IMG/VR virus record: IMGVR_UViG_3300031227_009907
Location: 1-64,000 of that record
Direction: 5' to 3' (one strand)
Origin: a virus
Length of the DNA stretch: 64,000 bases
How positions within the stretch are numbered: position 1 is the stretch's first letter; every line of letters begins with the position of its first letter. This document shows positions 18,078 to 27,543 of this stretch, piece after piece. The position numbers and the translations under genes were made by a program. The notes below the pieces were generated by a model. It saw nothing but the letters and a program-made list of their open reading frames with translations, was not told the origin of the DNA and searched no databases.

Positions 18078-19136
18078 GTGAGTATTTCTATTAAAATAGA
18101 TGAAAAGTTTCTTAAGTGTAAAAGTGTAGATGTTCGTGATGTTCTTAGAAAGGTTAATGTTGATATTGCAAGTGAAACAGATAAGGATTATATAGTTCGT
18201 TGCATCAATTCAGCCCACAAAGATAGACATCCTTCCCTTCGCATATGTAAGGTATCTGGATTATTTCATTGTTATCCCTGTGGGACAGGGGGGGACATTG
18301 TTAAATTTGTTTCTATTCTAATGGGGATAAATAGAGAAGAATCTTTTGAATATATTTTTGGCGAAAGTTATTCTATGGGAGAGATAGAAATGTTAAAATC
18401 AAGATTGAATTCTGTAAAGGAGGATTTAATTGAGGTGCCAAAATTACAAGAATATAAGATTCCTAAGGCTGCTGTTTTAGCGGACACAAGAGGATATGGA
18501 TACCACCACAATATAATGAAACTATTTTTTGCCTATTTGAAAGGGAGAGGTATATCGACTAAAACGATAACAGCTTTTAATGTTATGGGAGTTAAAGATA
18601 TTAAGGGGGCTCTTTTTATTCTTTTTCCTGTAGTTGTTGGAGGAAAGTGTATAGGGACGGTTAAAAGGTCTATTAAAGGAAAAGTATTCCTGAACAGTAA
18701 AAGGTTTCCTATGAAATATGTTTTATATAATGTTGATAGAGTTAAAAGTGGGAAACCTGTTGTGTTGACAGAGAGCATATTTAATGTTTTAAGGACATAT
18801 CAGGCTGGCTATACTGCCGTAGGAATATTAGGATCAGTATGGAATGAGTATAAATGCTCATTGCTCATTAGAAGGAAGCCAAGTAGATTTATATTCTTTT
18901 ATGATAGAGACTCTGCCGGTATCCAGCTATTTCATAAGGCCGCAAAAGATTTGTTGAGCTTTGGTTCAGTGAGTGTTGTTTCTTGGGACCATATGTCTAA
19001 GGTTAGGGCTAATGGTAAGAAGATTAATGATGCGGCTGATTTAACAGAGAAGGAAGTAAAGATGATGATATTAAATGCGAAGACAGTTAATAGATATGAA
19101 GAGTGGGATAGTTTAAGAGAGAGGTTGGTGAGGTGA
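18078..19136 (+). CDS. dnaG: DNA primase (CHC2 Zn finger + TOPRIM)
   Basis: C...AH.D..PS..FHCYPCG.GGD; YLKGRGI; VVLTESIFN; YDRDSAG; NDAAD. Confidence 0.88.
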   Translation: MSISIKIDEKFLKCKSVDVRDVLRKVNVDIASETDKDYIVRCINSAHKDRHPSLRICKVSGLFHCYPCGTGGDIVKFVSILMGINREESFEYIFGESYSMGEIEMLKSRLNSVKEDLIEVPKLQEYKIPKAAVLADTRGYGYHHNIMKLFFAYLKGRGISTKTITAFNVMGVKDIKGALFILFPVVVGGKCIGTVKRSIKGKVFLNSKRFPMKYVLYNVDRVKSGKPVVLTESIFNVLRTYQAGYTAVGILGSVWNEYKCSLLIRRKPSRFIFFYDRDSAGIQLFHKAAKDLLSFGSVSVVSWDHMSKVRANGKKINDAADLTEKEVKMMILNAKTVNRYEEWDSLRERLVR

Positions 19137-19462
19137 AGAAAATAGTAAAGTTTGAATCTAATGAAGTCCCGTATGTGCCTCTTTATACGATGAGTGTATT
19201 TGATCGTGCAGGAAGGTTAGCTCGTTTGAATAGGCTTATGTTTGTTTTATTTGATAAACTTAGAATTCTTGGAGTGTGGCAATTTATTAAATATAAAATA
19301 ATGCCTCGTTGGATTAGAAAGGAATTTATTGGAGTGCCTGGTTTATTTTTAGGGGATAGTCTTTTACTTGGGGTTGTGCAAGCTACAATAAAATACAATA
19401 ATGCAATGACATATAATAGGAAATTTTTTACCGATATGGGGATTAGGGGGAACTATTCGTGA
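19133..19462 (+). CDS. Hypothetical protein
   Basis: GTGA-coupled to primase. Confidence 0.45.
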   Translation: MKKIVKFESNEVPYVPLYTMSVFDRAGRLARLNRLMFVLFDKLRILGVWQFIKYKIMPRWIRKEFIGVPGLFLGDSLLLGVVQATIKYNNAMTYNRKFFTDMGIRGNYS

Positions 19463-19627
19463 ACAAATTAAAACACGATAGAACGATATAGGGTGGTCTA
19501 CCGTTAGGGGGGGCCATTTTGAACTGCTAAAGAGATATATAATAATGATACCCGGTATGCGGTATCTTGGGCTCCTAGCAAGTTTTATTCCATTATATCA
19601 AAAATATAAAATAAAATGGTTTTATCT

Positions 19628-19644
19628 TTGGCATAAGATTTGCT
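19628..19644 (+). promoter_or_regulatory. Sigma54 (-24/-12) promoter-like element
   Basis: TTGGCATAAGATTTGCT: exact GG-N10-GC spacing, in a ~270 bp intergenic gap. Confidence 0.6.
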
Positions 19645-19678
19645 CCCATTATATTCTTAATTATTCTTTGGAATTACC

Positions 19679-19707
19679 TTGACTATGCTCTGTGCATATG
19701 GTATGCT
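19679..19707 (+). promoter_or_regulatory. Sigma70 promoter (early)
   Basis: TTGACT-N17-TATGCT with extended TG. Confidence 0.75.
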
Positions 19708-19729
19708 TTACATGTGGGTTTAGAGTCCA

Positions 19730-20032
19730 TTGTCTAAGGGAATTTCAGATATGCAAACCTTGAGTCACGAAAATGGGAGTATCTCTGTCTATCGTGGACC
19801 TTGGCAAATCATGGTTGCCGTCAAACATTGTCTCTGTTCTGATGGGAGAAAAAGAAGAGTCAGGATTACTGCGGTCCCTGATACGTTTTTTACTGTGTCC
19901 GGTTCTGTCCAGGTCAAAGGGAAAACGGTATCTGGATTCGTCACTACCTCTGCCACATGGAGTGGCGCCAAAGAAGGTCTTATATTTGTATCAAAAAGAT
20001 ATGGGAAAAATGCGAGTCTATTGCCGGAATAG
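19730..20032 (+). CDS. Early hypothetical protein
   Basis: First ORF after promoter; start could be ATG 19751. Confidence 0.6.
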   Translation: MSKGISDMQTLSHENGSISVYRGPWQIMVAVKHCLCSDGRKRRVRITAVPDTFFTVSGSVQVKGKTVSGFVTTSATWSGAKEGLIFVSKRYGKNASLLPE

Positions 20033-20051
20033 ATGCAGCCTGGGAAGAATT

Positions 20052-20398
20052 CAAGGCAAGCTTAGAGTCTTAGAGTATGAAGGAGCTTGAAAATGAGATA
20101 TTACTACGCTGCCCAGAGTCCGAAAGGGTCTCGTAATGAGGTAAACGTACATCGGTTCAACTTGCGCGCATCCCGTGACGCTTGGGTCTCGGAGCATCGG
20201 TCCGACGGTGGCGTCAACAGTGTCACGCGGGGTGCGTACGTCCTGACCGCTGTTTCTGCGTGTCGCAAGCTTGCGACCGTAAGCATGAATGTAACTACCT
20301 CTCTCGTGGATCACGACGGGCTAGGAGAGCGTCCGATCTAAAGACCTAAATTATGGATGGGAAGCAAGGCAACCTTAGAGTCTTAGAGTATAAAGGAG
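20052..20398 (+). repeat. Conserved intergenic cassette CAAGGCAA(G/C)CTTAGAGTCTTAGAGTAT(G/A)AAGGAG at 20052-20085 and 20365-20398; degenerate AGAGTC(C/T)TA copies at ~19720, 20581, 20911, 21758
   Basis: Near-identical 34-mers ending in an SD sequence immediately upstream of start codons. Confidence 0.85.
20087..20341 (+). CDS. Early hypothetical protein (GC-richer)
   Basis: Between two cassette copies, AGGAG RBS. Confidence 0.65.
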   Translation: MKMRYYYAAQSPKGSRNEVNVHRFNLRASRDAWVSEHRSDGGVNSVTRGAYVLTAVSACRKLATVSMNVTTSLVDHDGLGERPI

Positions 20399-20404
20399 TC
20401 CAGA

Positions 20405-20578
20405 GTGTACACAGTCAAAGATTGCGCCGGAAGTGTTTCTTGTCTAAATCGGAGGGAATTGCGGGCTGTCTTGAGATATGAAGGTCTCACGCGCAAGGCC
20501 TTATTCTTTGTGCTGAAGGCACTAGACTTTTACCGTGTCGTCGTGAATGTTGGGGCGTTGTCTGTCTCTAGGGTTTAG
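20405..20578 (+). CDS. Small early protein (57 aa, not in ORF track)
   Basis: AAGGAG then GTG TAC ACA ... GTT TAG open frame. Confidence 0.6.
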   Translation: MYTVKDCAGSVSCLNRRELRAVLRYEGLTRKALFFVLKALDFYRVVVNVGALSVSRV

Positions 20579-20607
20579 TTGAGAGTCCTAAAAGGGAGAG
20601 TCCGGTA

Positions 20608-20883
20608 ATGAAAAAACCGAAAGTGATCCATGTTAGTGGGCGTCGGTGGTTTGATAAGGCAAGCGGCAACACGTACCATACGTGCAGAATTTGGGCAGAT
20701 GTAGACTGCGTCTATGTCTCGGGTATCACATGTGGATGCGGTAGTCAATATAAGGCTACCGCCGAAAGCTGGTTATACGAGAATGGATATCTGGAGGATA
20801 TAGGAAAGAAAGGCATTACATTTGTAAGCGACGTTTCTGATGTTGGACGGCTTAAAGACCTTTGGGGACAACAGCAGAATTGA
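20608..20883 (+). CDS. Early protein, paralogue of 21782..22084
   Basis: M.KPKVIHVSGRRWF..GNTYHTCRIW shared. Confidence 0.75.
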   Translation: MKKPKVIHVSGRRWFDKASGNTYHTCRIWADVDCVYVSGITCGCGSQYKATAESWLYENGYLEDIGKKGITFVSDVSDVGRLKDLWGQQQN

Positions 20884-20935
20884 GGAATCTTTGTGTTGGG
20901 CATTGGAAAGTTTAGAGTCTTAGGGAGAGTTTGCA

Positions 20936-21769
20936 ATGGTATCTCAAGCAGACAACGTGCAAGGTATCGCCGATAAGTTTGTCGGCAATTGGAAAAAATT
21001 TGATTCGTTTAGTTGGTCGGGTATGCCCGATTGTGCCGATGAATGCGGCATATATTACGTGGGTACGCGCGATTCTGGTTTGCTAGAGGAAAGTAATTCT
21101 CAAGCGATTCAAGCGTCTCTAGAGCAGCACATGGGAGACATAGATGAAGGTGGCGATATACGAATTGAAACACATAGTCATTATGCGTTTGGGTGGATAG
21201 AGGGATTGACTATCCGCGTATATCGTTGTGGCGTTTTTACGAAAGGATTTTTAGCGTTTGTTGAATTGTTGACGGCGCTAGAATCCTATCCCATCCTAGA
21301 TGAACAGGATTGGTCCAGGCGCGAATATGAAGCCACCCTTGAGAGCATATCAGAGGTAGGCGGGAGCTTTGTATCTGATGATGTGTCTGAGGGCTGGCAA
21401 GGGGCAGTTTTTTCAGCTTTGGACGATAGACAAGTTGAGTCTAGAGACGGCAACGGTGGATACCCTGAAGAATCCGCCGTCAGACAGGCGCTAGGGGGAC
21501 TAGGCTACTTGGACAGGGGATATGTTATCGAAGATATTGAGTCAAGCCTTGATTTATTTGGTCTTTGGCTAGATACATTCCCTGACGATATTGCCGATAT
21601 CGTGCTTGACAGGTTGACCAAGGGGAATAAAGAGGTTATCGGGCAAGGTAGGTTGCCGGGCATGGAAAGTGTTGACCTGGCAGACTATGGCGTCTCTGAC
21701 CTTTACCTTGGGGACAACAGCAGAATTGAAAAGTCTTTGTGTTGGGCATTGAAAGGTCTAAAGTCTTAG
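20936..21769 (+). CDS. Acidic early hypothetical protein
   Basis: TRDSGLLEESN, SHYAFGWIE, YPILDE.D.S.RE motifs. Confidence 0.7.
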   Translation: MVSQADNVQGIADKFVGNWKKFDSFSWSGMPDCADECGIYYVGTRDSGLLEESNSQAIQASLEQHMGDIDEGGDIRIETHSHYAFGWIEGLTIRVYRCGVFTKGFLAFVELLTALESYPILDEQDWSRREYEATLESISEVGGSFVSDDVSEGWQGAVFSALDDRQVESRDGNGGYPEESAVRQALGGLGYLDRGYVIEDIESSLDLFGLWLDTFPDDIADIVLDRLTKGNKEVIGQGRLPGMESVDLADYGVSDLYLGDNSRIEKSLCWALKGLKS

Positions 21770-21781
21770 GGAGAGTCTGTA

Positions 21782-22084
21782 ATGCGAAAACCGAAAGTGA
21801 TCCACGTTAGTGGGCGTCGGTGGTTCGGGAAAACTAATGGCAACACGTACCATACGTGCAGAATTTGGGTAGACGGAAAATTGGTTTATGTTTCAGGTCT
21901 CACATACGGGTACAGAGACCAGTATGAGGCTACGGCTGAAAGGTGGCTATATGAAAATGGATACCTGAAGGGGATAGAATCATATTCTAACGGGGGCCGG
22001 GAATCCCTGTATTACTATTGCGAAAAGAAAGGCATCAAACTTGTGAGCGACGTCTCAGACGTTTGTCGGCGTAAAGACCTGTAG
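21782..22084 (+). CDS. Early protein, paralogue of 20608..20883
   Basis: High similarity to 20608..20883. Confidence 0.75.
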   Translation: MRKPKVIHVSGRRWFGKTNGNTYHTCRIWVDGKLVYVSGLTYGYRDQYEATAERWLYENGYLKGIESYSNGGRESLYYYCEKKGIKLVSDVSDVCRRKDL

Positions 22085-22216
22085 GGGATATGCCAAGGTC
22101 TGTGTTTATTTAGAGGGTCCGCATCCGAATCGCGTTATCTGGGATGCGATAGGGATTGTTGAGGGTGGCGTCTTGGTAGAGATTTTTAGATAGTTTTCTT
22201 AAGGGGATAAGCCAGG

Positions 22217-22405
22217 ATGAGAGTAAAAAAGCCTGTGTTGAAAAATCTTAGGATGAAACATAAAGAGATATTGGAAATGGTTGAGCAGGCTAGATTCAAT
22301 CTGAGACTTTGGATCGAATTTAGCGAAGATGCAATGTACGAAAAAGGGATAGGCTTTGATTGTTTGTTGGCTGTGGAAAATCTTCTCAATAAAGCTCTTA
22401 GATAG
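22217..22405 (+). CDS. Small hypothetical protein
   Basis: Flanked by repeat TAGATAGTTTTCTTAAGG.GATA.GCCAGGATGAG (~22187 and ~22399). Confidence 0.6.
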   Translation: MRVKKPVLKNLRMKHKEILEMVEQARFNLRLWIEFSEDAMYEKGIGFDCLLAVENLLNKALR

Positions 22406-22428
22406 TTTTCTTAAGGAGATATGCCAGG

Positions 22429-22851
22429 ATGAGAAGAAACGAGCATTCAGTTAAATCAAGTGACCGGGTTGAGTTAGGAGAGTACATTTGCTCAATATAT
22501 CCGCTTGTTGGCGTAACCGTTGACGGCAGAGTAATACGCGATTCAAGCAATGTTCCGAATGTCGATTCAATTGCTGCGTCTGTGCTCTATTATGACGTGC
22601 TCCCTGGACTTAGGGAAGTTCGCATGGTTGATTTTGAATTGACCGGGAAGCACTATTCTGTCAAGGGGAATAATCGGATTCGTGCGCTTCAAGGGGCGAT
22701 TGCCGAAAGCAATGAGATTGCGCCGCTTATCGTTGTCGTTGATGAGGGGGGACCTTATATCCTGGAGGGGGCGACGCGGGCAGATGCGTTGTATAATCTT
22801 GGCGCGAAGTCGTTTCCGGCTCTGGTGGTAATAGACGTGGAAAGTCCTTGA
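22429..22851 (+). CDS. ParB/Srx-like domain protein
   Basis: IAPLIVV....YILEGATRADAL..LG...PALV. Confidence 0.65.
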   Translation: MRRNEHSVKSSDRVELGEYICSIYPLVGVTVDGRVIRDSSNVPNVDSIAASVLYYDVLPGLREVRMVDFELTGKHYSVKGNNRIRALQGAIAESNEIAPLIVVVDEGGPYILEGATRADALYNLGAKSFPALVVIDVESP

Positions 22852-22861
22852 ATAATTTTCC

Positions 22862-22889
22862 TTGACTTCTCGTGGTTTTGTGATATGTT
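22862..22889 (+). promoter_or_regulatory. Sigma70-like promoter
   Basis: TTGACT-N16-TATGTT with extended TG, intergenic. Confidence 0.55.
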
Positions 22890-22932
22890 TGTATAGTGAG
22901 GTCTTGAAAGTCTTTTTTCATGGAGCAGAAAA

Positions 22933-23133
22933 ATGGAAGTGAAGTATCCGAATGTGAAGGTTTCATTGGTTGGGAAAAGCGGAGAGGCTTTTGCAATTCT
23001 TGGGGCTGTTGAAGAGGCAATGCGAAGGGCTGGTGTCAACAAAGCAGATAGAGACCGGTACATGGATGAGGCTACGGCTGGTGATTATGATGCGCTTTTG
23101 CAAACGACTATGAAGTGGGTTGAAGTCGAATAG
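22933..23133 (+). CDS. Small conserved phage protein
   Basis: V.LVG..G.AFAILG.V..AMRRAG...AT.GDYD.LL; shares upstream GTCTTTTTT(TT)CATGGAGCAGAAAAATGG with 23179. Confidence 0.7.
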   Translation: MEVKYPNVKVSLVGKSGEAFAILGAVEEAMRRAGVNKADRDRYMDEATAGDYDALLQTTMKWVEVE

Positions 23134-23178
23134 TTTTCTAATGAATTTTTCTTGTCTTTTTTTTCATGGAGCAGAAAA

Positions 23179-23964
23179 ATGGCGTATCTAGAGAGAATCC
23201 CTGTTGGCGATTTTCCGGCAATCGTTAATATGTTAGGGGAAAAAGGGTCTAAAAAATTGGGCTACAACACGTATCTGGAGTGGAGGAAAGGAGCGCATTC
23301 AAAGGGCTGTATCGGGATTAGGTACAATAGCACTTTCGTTGTAACCTATTATCACGATGGGAAAATTGAGCTTAATAGTGGCGGCTGGAAAACGCGAACA
23401 ACTAAACAACGGATTGTTCATGGGTTGCCTGGAGGGTGGAGTTTGAGTCAGAGGGATTCTGTGTGGTATCTGTCTAATGGTAGCGTTGATTGGCAGTTCG
23501 CAGACGGTATTATCATTGTGCCCGATGGGACCGTTGTAAGTGGCGCTAATCGTACGCTAAGAGAGATTTTTGCGCTAAAGAAGAAAATTTTAGAGTACTG
23601 CAAGGATTATATCGAAAAGCTTTTCAACGGGCATGTTCCGGCCCCTAGTCGTGCGGATTGTTGGTATTGTTTTTTGAGTACGCGAGAGGGTGTCCCGGTA
23701 GGAGAGGCTACCGGTAACATAGATCACCTTGAGAGTCACTTTGAAAGGAGATACTACGTTCCCAGTCTGCTGACTCGTGCCATTGCAGTAATCCCCGTGT
23801 CTAGGCTCGCAATGTCGGTTCTGGGGACATTCTGGGGGGGGAATTGGGCTGAGAGGCAAAAAAGGCAGGCTCTTAATTCTGGGTGGAGCAAGGGGATTGC
23901 TAAGGAGCAGCTATGTAAAAGCCTCTACAGGTATCTAACGCGGCAATTCGGTTTTGCCAGCTAA
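23179..23964 (+). CDS. Early hypothetical protein
   Basis: LNSGGWKT.TTK.RI motif; GGAG RBS. Confidence 0.7.
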   Translation: MAYLERIPVGDFPAIVNMLGEKGSKKLGYNTYLEWRKGAHSKGCIGIRYNSTFVVTYYHDGKIELNSGGWKTRTTKQRIVHGLPGGWSLSQRDSVWYLSNGSVDWQFADGIIIVPDGTVVSGANRTLREIFALKKKILEYCKDYIEKLFNGHVPAPSRADCWYCFLSTREGVPVGEATGNIDHLESHFERRYYVPSLLTRAIAVIPVSRLAMSVLGTFWGGNWAERQKRQALNSGWSKGIAKEQLCKSLYRYLTRQFGFAS

Positions 23965-24016
23965 GGGGCGGCTTTTTAATGGGGCTATAGAAAGATAAAT
24001 CTAAAGGAGAAGTCTA

Positions 24017-24685
24017 ATGGGTTTCAAAGTATTCATTTGTTCGGTGTGTGGCAAAGAAGTTTCTAGAAAAAAATCATATGCACTTCCCGATGGGACTCGG
24101 GCTTGTCGCGAGCACGAGGTTGCACAGTCGGGACGGCAAGAACTTCAAAAAAGGGAAATTGCCAAGAAGGCGGCTGAACAGACGAAACGAAGGAAAATAA
24201 AGGAACGCGGGGAATTTTTTGGTGAGCCTTTTTGGGGTATGAACCATTGTTGGACCTGTGGGGCTGAGGGAACTCCTCCGAACGAAATAAAAGACCGTAT
24301 GATGATTGCGTGGGAGAAGGTGCGTCTGAAGGCAGAGTCGGACCCGTTCGCCGCTCCTATCAATTTTCTATCTCCCAATTTTTTTATTGCGCTGAGGAAA
24401 GAATCGGGGATAGAAAATCCTCTTATACAATTCGTAGTGTCTCCCGAGAGGATGGGAGAAATTCTCAATCGTACTAAGCACTCTCAGAGACAGGCAGTTG
24501 AATTTGTCGGGATTACGCAGATATGTCCGAAGTGCGCCAAGGAACTAGGAATGGAGCCACCCTCCATTCCCGAAATAAACATAGAGAATTTGTCTACAAT
24601 GAGCGCTATCTATGATGTAATGGTTAGGCCAGCGGTGGAAGATCGGGCACGGGCTGAAATTAGGGAAGAGGTCGCTAGAAACTGA
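24017..24685 (+). CDS. Zn-finger-containing hypothetical protein
   Basis: CSVC..C..H, CWTC, CPKC. Confidence 0.65.
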   Translation: MGFKVFICSVCGKEVSRKKSYALPDGTRACREHEVAQSGRQELQKREIAKKAAEQTKRRKIKERGEFFGEPFWGMNHCWTCGAEGTPPNEIKDRMMIAWEKVRLKAESDPFAAPINFLSPNFFIALRKESGIENPLIQFVVSPERMGEILNRTKHSQRQAVEFVGITQICPKCAKELGMEPPSIPEINIENLSTMSAIYDVMVRPAVEDRARAEIREEVARN

Positions 24686-24738
24686 AATTAAGGGGATTGT
24701 TTACATATGTTTTATTTGTCTAAAAAGGAGTCTTTGAA

Positions 24739-25491
24739 ATGTTGAACGTGGAAGTATGCGGTAGAGAAAAGACGTTGGCTCAGTTGAAACTAATCCCTGT
24801 AGATCGTCCTGAGAGGGCGTCGGACCGGGGGCACGGTGTCTCACACCACGAACTAGCCACGGGGCTGCTAGGCGAGTTCCAGGACAGGGAAATTGACGTT
24901 GTGGGGCATAGGTGGGCGACCGATAAGACAAATCAGGTTTTAGTGGGGGCTATTGAGGTAAAATTTCCCGAAGAATTCGACGTTCCTGAGATCGCTGGCA
25001 TGGGATATTGTCTGGGCGTACGTCATTCAAATGATTTGAGGTATGCGCTCGTGGGGGCCGTTGGCGCAAGAGTTTTTGCTTGTTCTAATGGCGTTATCAC
25101 GGGGCAATTCGTTATGTCTCGGAGGCATACGAAAAACATTGACCTTGATGAGCAGATTTATAACGGGATTACACGTTTCATCAGAGAGGCCAGAGGCGTT
25201 AGTTTCTTTGTGGATACTCTCCAGGAGAGAAAATTGTCTGATTCGGATAGTGATAGGATTCTCATGGAGGCAGGCCGGCAAAGGCTCATCCCGTGGAGTC
25301 GAATTGGGCGGATCGATAGAGAGTATCACAATCCGTCTTGTGAGGAGTTTGAGCCCGGGAATGCCTGGGGGCTGTATAACGCTTTTACGCGATACGTCCA
25401 GCTATCCCCTCCACACGATCAGATGAGAGCGATTGCGGGATTTAGGCCGGTTATTCTTGGAGAGAAGCCAGAAACATATCTTGGAAATTAA
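24739..25491 (+). CDS. DUF932-like protein
   Basis: SHHEL, LGVRHSND, GARVFACSNG, RRHT, AWGLYNAFT. Confidence 0.8.
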   Translation: MLNVEVCGREKTLAQLKLIPVDRPERASDRGHGVSHHELATGLLGEFQDREIDVVGHRWATDKTNQVLVGAIEVKFPEEFDVPEIAGMGYCLGVRHSNDLRYALVGAVGARVFACSNGVITGQFVMSRRHTKNIDLDEQIYNGITRFIREARGVSFFVDTLQERKLSDSDSDRILMEAGRQRLIPWSRIGRIDREYHNPSCEEFEPGNAWGLYNAFTRYVQLSPPHDQMRAIAGFRPVILGEKPETYLGN

Positions 25492-25502
25492 GGGAGAAAG
25501 AA

Positions 25503-25685
25503 ATGAGTGGAACCGTAGAGAAATTGTCGGATGAAGACTTTGCAGAAAGGGTTAAACAAATGGTCTTAGACATTGATCCTAATGAGATCAACCCAGAGGA
25601 ATTGGATAGCTTTCTTGGGTCTTTATGGGTCACTTTTGGTCTTGATGTCTTTTTTGAAGATGGTTCCTGGCGTATCCATAAGTAG
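25503..25685 (+). CDS. Small acidic protein
   Basis: GGAG RBS. Confidence 0.55.
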   Translation: MSGTVEKLSDEDFAERVKQMVLDIDPNEINPEELDSFLGSLWVTFGLDVFFEDGSWRIHK

Positions 25686-25696
25686 GGAGAAATGAA

Positions 25697-26221
25697 ATGG
25701 AGCCTCGTTGTCCAGTAGTGAAGAATGGAGATGGGTTTTGTATGGGGAGTAGATGCCGATGGTGGATGAAAGAAGAAAAGGAGTGTGCTATTTCGTTGAT
25801 AGCAAAGCGGGCTATTGATGCTGGGATCACGGCGGCGGTGGTGCAAGCGGAGAAAGGGGTGTGTACGCGTTGTTGGGGGACTGGATGGTTGCATGATTTG
25901 TCTAATAAGCCAACCAATGTGCGGTGTCCTAATGGATGTTCTAAGCCTGATCTTTCAGAAGAGAAGTGTGGGATTTGTGGACGTGGGTTAGTAGACGGTC
26001 AGTGTCCAGATGATACAGGATTTCCTGAGCCCCCAGAAGAATTAAAATCTTTTATTGTTGGAAAGGACTATGTCAATACATCTTATGTTAGGGTGATGGC
26101 GAAAAATGAGGGGGAAGCAAAACAGAAAGCGGAGGGTGGCGGGCCTCTTGTGATTGGGATACAGGATCAATTTAAGTGTTGGTTGGATTGTGACCAGTGG
26201 AGCGTCCAAGAGGACAAATAA
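25697..26221 (+). CDS. Cys-rich hypothetical protein
   Basis: Multiple CxxC, CTRCWGTG. Confidence 0.6.
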   Translation: MEPRCPVVKNGDGFCMGSRCRWWMKEEKECAISLIAKRAIDAGITAAVVQAEKGVCTRCWGTGWLHDLSNKPTNVRCPNGCSKPDLSEEKCGICGRGLVDGQCPDDTGFPEPPEELKSFIVGKDYVNTSYVRVMAKNEGEAKQKAEGGGPLVIGIQDQFKCWLDCDQWSVQEDK

Positions 26222-26235
26222 GCAAGGAGAATGCT

Positions 26236-26628
26236 GTGAAAGTTGTCGTTAAACAGCCTGAAGGGGTTAAGTTGGTTAAGAACGTCTCGTGGCGCTATAT
26301 TACTCCTGAGATTTTGTATGTCTCGATAAGCGTTACAGAGAAATGGCCTTCTTATGGTTGGGGTGGCGGTATCACCGATAAAGGGGAGTCCTATGGTGGT
26401 GTTTATCTTTATGCGGGGGGTGATGAAGCCATTAGGACTTTTACTGCTAAGACAGTTGAGGTAGGTTTTATCCCGGAGAATGATAGGGAGAAGACTATCC
26501 TTGGGGGGGTAAAAGCTACTCTTGAGCCGTATTATGGCGTTCATTATCTCATAATGACAAATGAATGCCTCTCAGCCGCTTTGAAGAAGCAGTCGGGGGG
26601 TTCCCTTAATCTTGAGGTCAATGAGTAG
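26236..26628 (+). CDS. Hypothetical protein
   Basis: AAGGAG before GTG 26236. Confidence 0.6.
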   Translation: MKVVVKQPEGVKLVKNVSWRYITPEILYVSISVTEKWPSYGWGGGITDKGESYGGVYLYAGGDEAIRTFTAKTVEVGFIPENDREKTILGGVKATLEPYYGVHYLIMTNECLSAALKKQSGGSLNLEVNE

Positions 26629-26665
26629 GGGTATTATTTTTCCTATTTTAAGCGAGGAGAAAGAA

Positions 26666-26977
26666 ATGTCTGAATATGAGTACCCTTACCCTATAACGTC
26701 AGATACTCCGATGGGGAAGCTTATTGATCGGATAGGTGATTCGCTTGCGAGCAAAGGCCAGCAACTGTGTTGGTTCCGCTCAGGCCGGAGCACTAACCGT
26801 GCGAATGTGACCGTGAATGCCGGGATTTTTCCATTGGGTATTAGAACGTCTGTACATGGGAAAGATTGCATTCATCATCTTGTTTCGTGGGACTGGACTC
26901 CGCATGTTGGTAAAACGGAAAGGAGTGCTCAGTATAAAGACCTAAACTATGAATGGGGCAATTATATTAGTGAATAG
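26666..26977 (+). CDS. Hypothetical protein
   Basis: GAGGAG before ATG 26666. Confidence 0.55.
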   Translation: MSEYEYPYPITSDTPMGKLIDRIGDSLASKGQQLCWFRSGRSTNRANVTVNAGIFPLGIRTSVHGKDCIHHLVSWDWTPHVGKTERSAQYKDLNYEWGNYISE

Positions 26978-27069
26978 GAATGAAATGTGTCTTAAGGCTA
27001 CCCTGGGAACTAAGGAGAGTGCTGTGAAAGTTGTTGTTAAACAGCAGAACAGGGAAGGACGGTGACGGG

Positions 27070-27252
27070 ATGACTCACCTGTACAAAACGACGTATCATC
27101 GGGATGGAAGCGTGACGCTGTGGAACGTCTACACACAGGATTGGGAGCGGACCTCGTCCCCATCGGATAGGGTCCTGTCCTCGCTCGATGCAGACGAGCG
27201 GCGTCGCGTGACACGACACACTGAGAGCTTGGTTCATAACACACCCGAATGA
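27070..27252 (+). CDS. Small hypothetical protein (GC-richer)
   Basis: TTYHRDGSVTLW.VY.Q.W motif. Confidence 0.6.
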   Translation: MTHLYKTTYHRDGSVTLWNVYTQDWERTSSPSDRVLSSLDADERRRVTRHTESLVHNTPE

Positions 27253-27288
27253 CATTTAACGCCCGCGAGGGCAAAGGAGGATGACGCT

Positions 27289-27543
27289 GTGAGTGTCTGT
27301 GACGACATCTGCGAGCTGATAGACGATGGCGTGCCGCTCGATGATATCCTCGTTAATGACGGCGACGATACGCTGGGCGATGACTGCGCTATCACTCAGG
27401 CAGCGCTTGATGAACTTATCCGGGAGTGGGAATCGTCTGGTAGAGATTGCTCCGGCGTTGATCTCTCAAGCGCTCGGGCCTGGCTCACACGTCGAGGGCT
27501 TGATCCCGACAAACCAATGTCTTGGGCCGGTGAGGGAGGCTGA
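27289..27543 (+). CDS. Small acidic protein (GC-richer)
   Basis: AGGAGG RBS. Confidence 0.6.
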   Translation: MSVCDDICELIDDGVPLDDILVNDGDDTLGDDCAITQAALDELIREWESSGRDCSGVDLSSARAWLTRRGLDPDKPMSWAGEGG

